From Promethearchaeota archaeon (GTDB lineage: Archaea; Asgardarchaeota; Lokiarchaeia; Sigyniarchaeales; SOKP01): a stretch of DNA of 64,000 nucleotides. The notes beneath the pieces are model-generated. The model was not told the origin of the DNA. It did no database searches and worked only from the letters and a program-made list of their open reading frames with translations. Position 1 is the first letter of the stretch, and every line of letters begins with the position of its first letter. Positions 58,856 to 64,000 of this stretch are shown here, piece by piece. Made by a program: the position numbers and the translations under genes. The stretch covers positions 18,254 to 82,253 of the forward strand of contig RDOA01000012.1 of assembly GCA_011364925.1 (NCBI GenBank), read 5' to 3'.

Positions 58856-59863
58856 ATGATGAAAATATTAGATGACGAAAAATTTATCAGACATGTGGAA
58901 AGCTTAATTGATCCAAAGGAAGTCAGCTATTTATATTTCTACCAAAATTTCAAACGGCTTTTACCTCGCTCCCTTTTTAAGAAGTTATTAAATAAGACTT
59001 CAAAAAAGACTCCCTACATGGGTTTTGTAATTGAACCTTATTGTCTGTTTTTATTCTTTAAGCTTAAAAATATCGAAAAAGCAAAATCATTATTGCCGGA
59101 ACGCTATGAGTTGAAAAAGTCTAGAATTTTTGCTGATGAACAACCAGAATACTATTTGGGAATGGGAGTTTTCAATACCCGGGCAAGTACTTTTTTGGGT
59201 TCTAGGCTAGAATCATATCTCATTGCTGAAGATAAAGAAACTGGTCATCCATCCTGGATTTTTCTCGATATTCTGAGCAATACAATAATTTATATCCCTG
59301 CAATAGGAGTTGCAGATAGAAACAGTAAGAATGCCATATATACGACTAGCTCAAAGGGAGATATACTACTGGATTTTAAGGAAGACATAACTGACCGACA
59401 GTTAATCTTAACGGGTAATATTACCAATGGAAAAATGCGCAGCCTTGATCAACCCCTTTGGGTAATAGGAAATACATCTATCGGCCATATTAAAAAATAT
59501 TCAGAGAAGAACGATGATCCATTTGCCGTAATATTTGATCCTGCTGAAGTTGAAAAAGCTTTAGACATTCCTATTGAGGATATTCACTTAAAATTTAATA
59601 CCCTTTTCCCAGATTTAGCAGAGCCGGAACTATGCAAGGCTATATGTTTCCCCTTCGCTCAGCACTATATTGCCGACAGTCCAGGCCGTCGCACCTATGT
59701 TAAAGATATCAATGACATGGTCGAGAATTACAACAAAATTGCAAATATGAAAGAAATAAAAACTTTTTCAACAAGAAATATAAAGATAATGTTATTAATC
59801 GGAATATCGTTATTTATGGTAATCTTTATTTCCATATTCATTTTATTGATAATTAATCTATGA
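58856..59863 (+). CDS. hypothetical protein with C-terminal TM helix (possible acetoacetate decarboxylase-like fold)
   Basis: PYMGFVIEPY, LLPERYEL; paralog of next gene. Confidence 0.6.
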   Translation: MMKILDDEKFIRHVESLIDPKEVSYLYFYQNFKRLLPRSLFKKLLNKTSKKTPYMGFVIEPYCLFLFFKLKNIEKAKSLLPERYELKKSRIFADEQPEYYLGMGVFNTRASTFLGSRLESYLIAEDKETGHPSWIFLDILSNTIIYIPAIGVADRNSKNAIYTTSSKGDILLDFKEDITDRQLILTGNITNGKMRSLDQPLWVIGNTSIGHIKKYSEKNDDPFAVIFDPAEVEKALDIPIEDIHLKFNTLFPDLAEPELCKAICFPFAQHYIADSPGRRTYVKDINDMVENYNKIANMKEIKTFSTRNIKIMLLIGISLFMVIFISIFILLIINL

Positions 59864-59899
59864 AGATAGATTTAAAAACTAAAATCAAGGTTTACATAA

Positions 59900-60919
59900 A
59901 TGGACCAAGAAGAATATAGGAATTTCGCAAAAAAGACAGAAGCTCTTGTAAAGCCTAAAGATGTGACTGCCATTAGTTTTTTGAGCAGTTTCAGTAAATC
60001 TCTTCCTAAAAAAACGCAACATAAGTTCACAAAGAGCGGTCAGAAAAAAATTCCTTACATGGGGTTCATAGTAGATCCCTATAGTTTATTTCTATGTTTT
60101 AAGATAACAAATACTTCAGCAGCGCAAGAGATGCTCCCCGATGGATACGAACTAGCAGAAGCCTCTTTCTTTAAGAACGATGCAAAGTTTCCCATGGCAA
60201 TTGTTAGCGTATTTACCGCTCGAACGTCAGGATTTATAGGCATGCGAGTCGAATTTTATATTATTGCTCGCAACAAAGAAACCGGGATGTTATCTTGGAT
60301 CATTTGTGATTATGAAACGAATACGAACAGCTATGACCCAAAGAATGGATTTTCTGGGTACACTTGTGATCCAGCCGTGTATACAACCACATACTTTGGG
60401 GAGTTACTGGTTGATATGAAGGATCTCACCAAAAGTAAAGAATTCATTGCATCGGTTGACTTAGAAAAAGGTGATTCAAGGGAACTGGACGAATCTCTCT
60501 GGATTGAAGGAAATCTTATTGTCGATTATGGTGGCGAGCTAAAAAGTGAATTTTCAGAGCCTTTCAGCCTGCTTTTTGACCCAAATATGATAAAAGAAGC
60601 CGTAAGCATACCTTTAGAACATGTTTCAATTAAGGCAAACTCCTATCTGGGTAATATTATTGATCCTATTAAGCCAGTATACGCAGCTATCTTTCCTTAC
60701 AGTCAGCATTTCATTATTAAGCAAGACCTGCAAAAGTATGCGGTTAAAAATCAAAAGGACTTAGATCTTCAAACAAAGGCCTTTCTTAGTGGAACTGGAT
60801 ATAAAGCTATGTCAGGTGAAGATATAAAAAAACCCATTTATGGAATGTTCGTAATTTGTTACTTAGTACTTGTAGGTATAATTGTATTTTTACTATTACG
60901 ACTTTATGTATTTGGGTAA
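59900..60919 (+). CDS. hypothetical protein with C-terminal TM helix (tandem paralog)
   Basis: PYMGFIVDPY, MLPDGYEL, PFSLLFDP, FPYSQHF. Confidence 0.6.
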   Translation: MDQEEYRNFAKKTEALVKPKDVTAISFLSSFSKSLPKKTQHKFTKSGQKKIPYMGFIVDPYSLFLCFKITNTSAAQEMLPDGYELAEASFFKNDAKFPMAIVSVFTARTSGFIGMRVEFYIIARNKETGMLSWIICDYETNTNSYDPKNGFSGYTCDPAVYTTTYFGELLVDMKDLTKSKEFIASVDLEKGDSRELDESLWIEGNLIVDYGGELKSEFSEPFSLLFDPNMIKEAVSIPLEHVSIKANSYLGNIIDPIKPVYAAIFPYSQHFIIKQDLQKYAVKNQKDLDLQTKAFLSGTGYKAMSGEDIKKPIYGMFVICYLVLVGIIVFLLLRLYVFG

Positions 60920-61051
60920 AAACCTCATTTTTTATTTTTTATTAACTTCTTGGCAACTACCAATCCTACAAGGATCACATTGAGTATTCTAGATGAAAAA
61001 ACTAATTATTATAATTTTTAACACTAAAAATAAATCTTAGATTTGTAATAT

Positions 61052-61420
61052 TTAAGATAGAATTAGAAAAATAATAATGGGAGTTAAGGCGAATAAGATC
61101 ATAAATAAAATTAACAGTAATAGGCATCTATTTCTAGTAGGACTACCCTTCACTATTCTTATTGGAGGTTTGTTTTCCTCCTCAACTATAGGTATGGGTT
61201 TTGTTTCCTTTTTTCTTGGAAAAGGCTCAAATTCCACTTCTGGGGGATAAAAAGGTAAATCTGTAGGATCCTGAGGATCAGAGCCTAGTAGTTCCTCATA
61301 TTCATCACTAAAGCCATCACCATCTGAGTCTATAACTCCATCGAAATCATCATCGTCATCATCACCATCAAAATCATCGTCATCGTTATCAAAAGAGGTT
61401 TCCATATCTAGAAAATACAA
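61052..61420 (-). CDS. small acidic tail-anchored protein with thrombospondin type-3-like Ca-binding motif
   Basis: poly-Asp, DSDGDGFSDEYEELLGSDPQDPTD, C-terminal hydrophobic helix. Confidence 0.6.
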   Translation of the reverse strand: MYFLDMETSFDNDDDDFDGDDDDDDFDGVIDSDGDGFSDEYEELLGSDPQDPTDLPFYPPEVEFEPFPRKKETKPIPIVEEENKPPIRIVKGSPTRNRCLLLLILFMILFALTPIIIFLILS

Positions 61421-61553
61421 AATTCAACTAAAAAATGTTTTCCCTTTATTAATTTTGAAAATTCTTGAATCCCCCCCAATTTATAAGTTGAACACCAAAA
61501 ATTAACAGTATACACAATTTTGAGAAACAATACATCCCATAGTTGGTAGAAAA

Positions 61554-62846
61554 TTGCCCTCAACTTTAGAAAAGATTCGCATTTTAGGAGAAAATTCTAA
61601 ATACGATATTTGTGCAAGCACCGCTTCAAGCCGCACAACGAAATATCCTACTCTTTTCGGAGACTCAAAAGACTGGGTTGGTGCCACGGCAAGCGCAGGT
61701 ATATGCCATAGTTATACGCCAGATGGGCGTTGCATGAGTCTCTTTAAGACATTATATACGAATAAATGCATTTATAACTGTAAATATTGCTTCTCTCATA
61801 GCTGTAAGCATCGTATGAGCTTTACACCAGAAGAATACGCTCGTACATTTATGAAATTATACGCAATGAATGTAGTAGAAGGATTATTCATATCATCTGG
61901 TGTTTGTGGAAGTGCCGATGCTACAACAGAAGAAATGTTAGAGGCAGTTCGCTTATTAAGGTTTAAGTATAGGTTCCGCGGATATGTTCATTTCAAATGT
62001 CTTCCAGGTGTCAGTCAATCCCTTTTGAAAGAAGCGATTACTTTATCAGATCGCATTTCAATCAACTCTGAAGCCTCTACAAAAGAGCACCTTTCTGAGA
62101 TCGCTGAGCAAAAAGATTTCTACAACGATATTATTCTACGCCAACGATGGCTTAAGCAAATTCGAGTTAAACATAACGACGAAGCCTTAAAAGAAATGAA
62201 CGATCTTAAGGCTGACAAGGAGTTAAAATTCCAAGAAAAAATGATCAAGGATCATAGAGATGACGGATACAAGAAATTTCGTTGGGATGGTGCTCCAATT
62301 CTTAATAGTGGCCAAACTACACAATTTGTAATAGGGGCGGCTGAGCATGAAACAGATTGGGATTTGCTTAAAAGAATTGATAATGATTATAAAAAAATTG
62401 ACTTAAGGCGTGCTTATTTTTCTTCTTTTATTCCTATAGAAGGGACTCCCTTATCGACTAAAAAAGCAGCACCACTAGAGAGAGAACATAGATTATATCA
62501 AGCAGATTGGCTTTTAAGAATATACCATTATAAACTTAATGATGTAAGGGAAGTAATAAATGAAGAAGGATTTCTGCCAAGAGGTGATCCTAAAATTCAC
62601 TTAGCGGAAAGTTACTTTAAAGATCGTGGACCTATCGACCCCAATACAGCAACGTATCAAGATTTAATCAGAATTCCTGGTATAGGTCCCGTATCAGCAA
62701 AGAGAATTATAAATATGAGGGCACAAAAAATGGCTTTCAGACGCAGAGAGGATCTTAAATCTGTAGGTGTTGTGCTGAAACGTGCTGATCCTTACTTAAA
62801 AATAGATGGAATTAATCAAACCACTATCCAGAATTTTATAAATTAA
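61554..62846 (+). CDS. putative DNA modification/repair radical SAM protein with HhH (TIGR03916-like)
   Basis: GICHSYTPDGRC.SLFK, CIYNCKYC, REHRLYQADWLLR, RIPGIGP.SA.RI. Confidence 0.9.
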   Translation: MPSTLEKIRILGENSKYDICASTASSRTTKYPTLFGDSKDWVGATASAGICHSYTPDGRCMSLFKTLYTNKCIYNCKYCFSHSCKHRMSFTPEEYARTFMKLYAMNVVEGLFISSGVCGSADATTEEMLEAVRLLRFKYRFRGYVHFKCLPGVSQSLLKEAITLSDRISINSEASTKEHLSEIAEQKDFYNDIILRQRWLKQIRVKHNDEALKEMNDLKADKELKFQEKMIKDHRDDGYKKFRWDGAPILNSGQTTQFVIGAAEHETDWDLLKRIDNDYKKIDLRRAYFSSFIPIEGTPLSTKKAAPLEREHRLYQADWLLRIYHYKLNDVREVINEEGFLPRGDPKIHLAESYFKDRGPIDPNTATYQDLIRIPGIGPVSAKRIINMRAQKMAFRRREDLKSVGVVLKRADPYLKIDGINQTTIQNFIN

Positions 62847-62857
62847 GAGGCTAAATT

Positions 62858-63526
62858 ATGAATAGTAAATGCAGCAGTGAAGATAACCTGAAAGTCGTGG
62901 GACGCGCGAAAGGATATTCAAAAGAAGAATTATTAGCTAATCTCCCACGACACTCTAAATTCCATCCTGGGTTAATAAAACACATAGAAAATACACCTGA
63001 AGTAGCTTTACGAAACTCAGGCACAATTATGGCAAAAAAGATTATAAGAATGATGCGAGAGGTAAATACTGAGGCGTATCGAGCGAGGCAATTTACTCGG
63101 ACAGAAATTAATGATCGTGGCGTATTATACGGAGTTGTTTTACTTAAACACCTAGTGATGGATTATACACTTAACTATTTTCATGAACGTTGGCCTAATT
63201 GTGTTATTTGTCTTTATAATGAGCATACAAAAATAACTGGAATTATAAATGAAAAAGGGAAAATAAGAGAACTAAAGCTTCCACTTAAAGAAACAGTTGA
63301 TAAGGTTAGTGCTGGGCGTTCAATCATCCCATACTTCGAAGACATCCAATTTTCTGGTGAAAAAATTTTTGAGTCACTCTACAATTCGCAAAATATTGTA
63401 GAAAGGGATAATCCTCGTTTCTTTAAAAGTATGATTCCTGAAAAATGCTTTGATCTTCCCGGGATGAGAAAAGGAGTAGAGAAGCGCTACACTTCCCAAA
63501 ACAAAAAAATTAACGATTTTTTTTAA
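62858..63526 (+). CDS. DUF4130 domain protein (TIGR03915-like partner)
   Basis: REV..EAYR.RQFTR, YFHERWP, YNSQNIVER.NPR; follows the radical SAM gene. Confidence 0.75.
   Translation: MNSKCSSEDNLKVVGRAKGYSKEELLANLPRHSKFHPGLIKHIENTPEVALRNSGTIMAKKIIRMMREVNTEAYRARQFTRTEINDRGVLYGVVLLKHLVMDYTLNYFHERWPNCVICLYNEHTKITGIINEKGKIRELKLPLKETVDKVSAGRSIIPYFEDIQFSGEKIFESLYNSQNIVERDNPRFFKSMIPEKCFDLPGMRKGVEKRYTSQNKKINDFF
63478..63526 (+). repeat. direct repeat copy 1 (3' end of DUF4130 gene)
   Basis: agagaagcgctacacttcccaaaacaaaaaaattaacgatttt... Confidence 0.85.
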
Positions 63527-63608
63527 GTCGAATTATTTGTAAATACTTTTTTTAAGAAAAAGGTTGAATGATTAATCATAAAAGTAAAAAAAGAGGTGAT
63601 TAATCATC

Positions 63609-63833
63609 ATATCCGAATATCCCGAATACATTTTCTGCCCCTCCTGTAAAGAAAAAATTAGCCTTGAACTTAGGGACAAAGAACGAGGATACAAAAGCGA
63701 CGATATTCTTGAGCTTGGTATTCTTATTTCTAGAACAAGCGGAAGTGAAAAAATGGATAAAAGATTTGCAACATTAAGTGAAATAAATCTATGTGTATGT
63801 AACCATTGCAAGACAATACTTGGAATCGATTGA
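63609..63833 (+). CDS. small Zn-finger protein (74 aa), non-AUG start; absent from the ORF track
   Basis: ISEYPEYIFCPSCKEKI...CVCNHCKTILGID*; GAGGTGA at 63593-63599; start at ATA 63609 or ATC 63603/63606. Confidence 0.7.
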   Translation: MSEYPEYIFCPSCKEKISLELRDKERGYKSDDILELGILISRTSGSEKMDKRFATLSEINLCVCNHCKTILGID

Positions 63834-63850
63834 ATTTCAATACCAAGAGC

Positions 63851-63899
63851 AGAGAAGCGCTACACTTCTCAAAATAAAAAAATCAATGATTTCTTTCAA
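63851..63899 (+). repeat. direct repeat copy 2 (orphan duplicate of DUF4130 3' end)
   Basis: agagaagcgctacacttctcaaaataaaaaaatcaatgatttcttt; same peptide EKRYTSQNKKINDFF. Confidence 0.85.
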
Positions 63900-64000
63900 A
63901 AAAATTTATTTGAAATTAATTTAAGCTTGTATATTGTATCAGAGGAAATCCTTTATATCTTGTGAAAAAGTGACAGAACTGTGAAATTTATATGCATAAA

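Noticed and set aside
63572-63811. 79-aa minus-strand ORF
   Set aside because: Antisense to a better-supported Zn-finger ORF with an SD-like site

Overview
AT-rich archaeal chromosomal window, most likely an Asgard archaeon (Lokiarchaeia-like). This is inferred from ether-lipid genes (GGGPS, DGGGPS, GGR), F420 and methanopterin biosynthesis genes, EndoQ, and eukaryote-like ubiquitin machinery. The highlight (4.1-11.9 kb) is a self-contained ubiquitin-like conjugation locus. It holds two paralogous Ubls with acidic, KTP-motif N-terminal tails and a UFM1-like single-glycine end (IPASxAG; one encoded mature, one with an LN propeptide), plus a third, membrane-anchored Ubl lacking the terminal Gly. 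It also holds a UBA3/SAE2-like E1, an E2, a CSN5/Rpn11-like JAMM protease, a multi-pass membrane RING-variant E3, a wHTH regulator, and a divergently transcribed coiled-coil protein sharing the KTP motif (candidate substrate). The rest is mostly cofactor, lipid and sugar metabolism, feoAB, two orphan DNA methyltransferases, and a radical SAM/DUF4130 DNA-repair pair. Features absent from the ORF track include a PadR pseudogene, a small Zn-finger gene, three probable non-canonical start codons, and two genes sitting between a gene and a duplicate of its 3' end. No rRNA, tRNA, CRISPR array or transposase was recognised. All calls come from motif recognition; no database searches were run.
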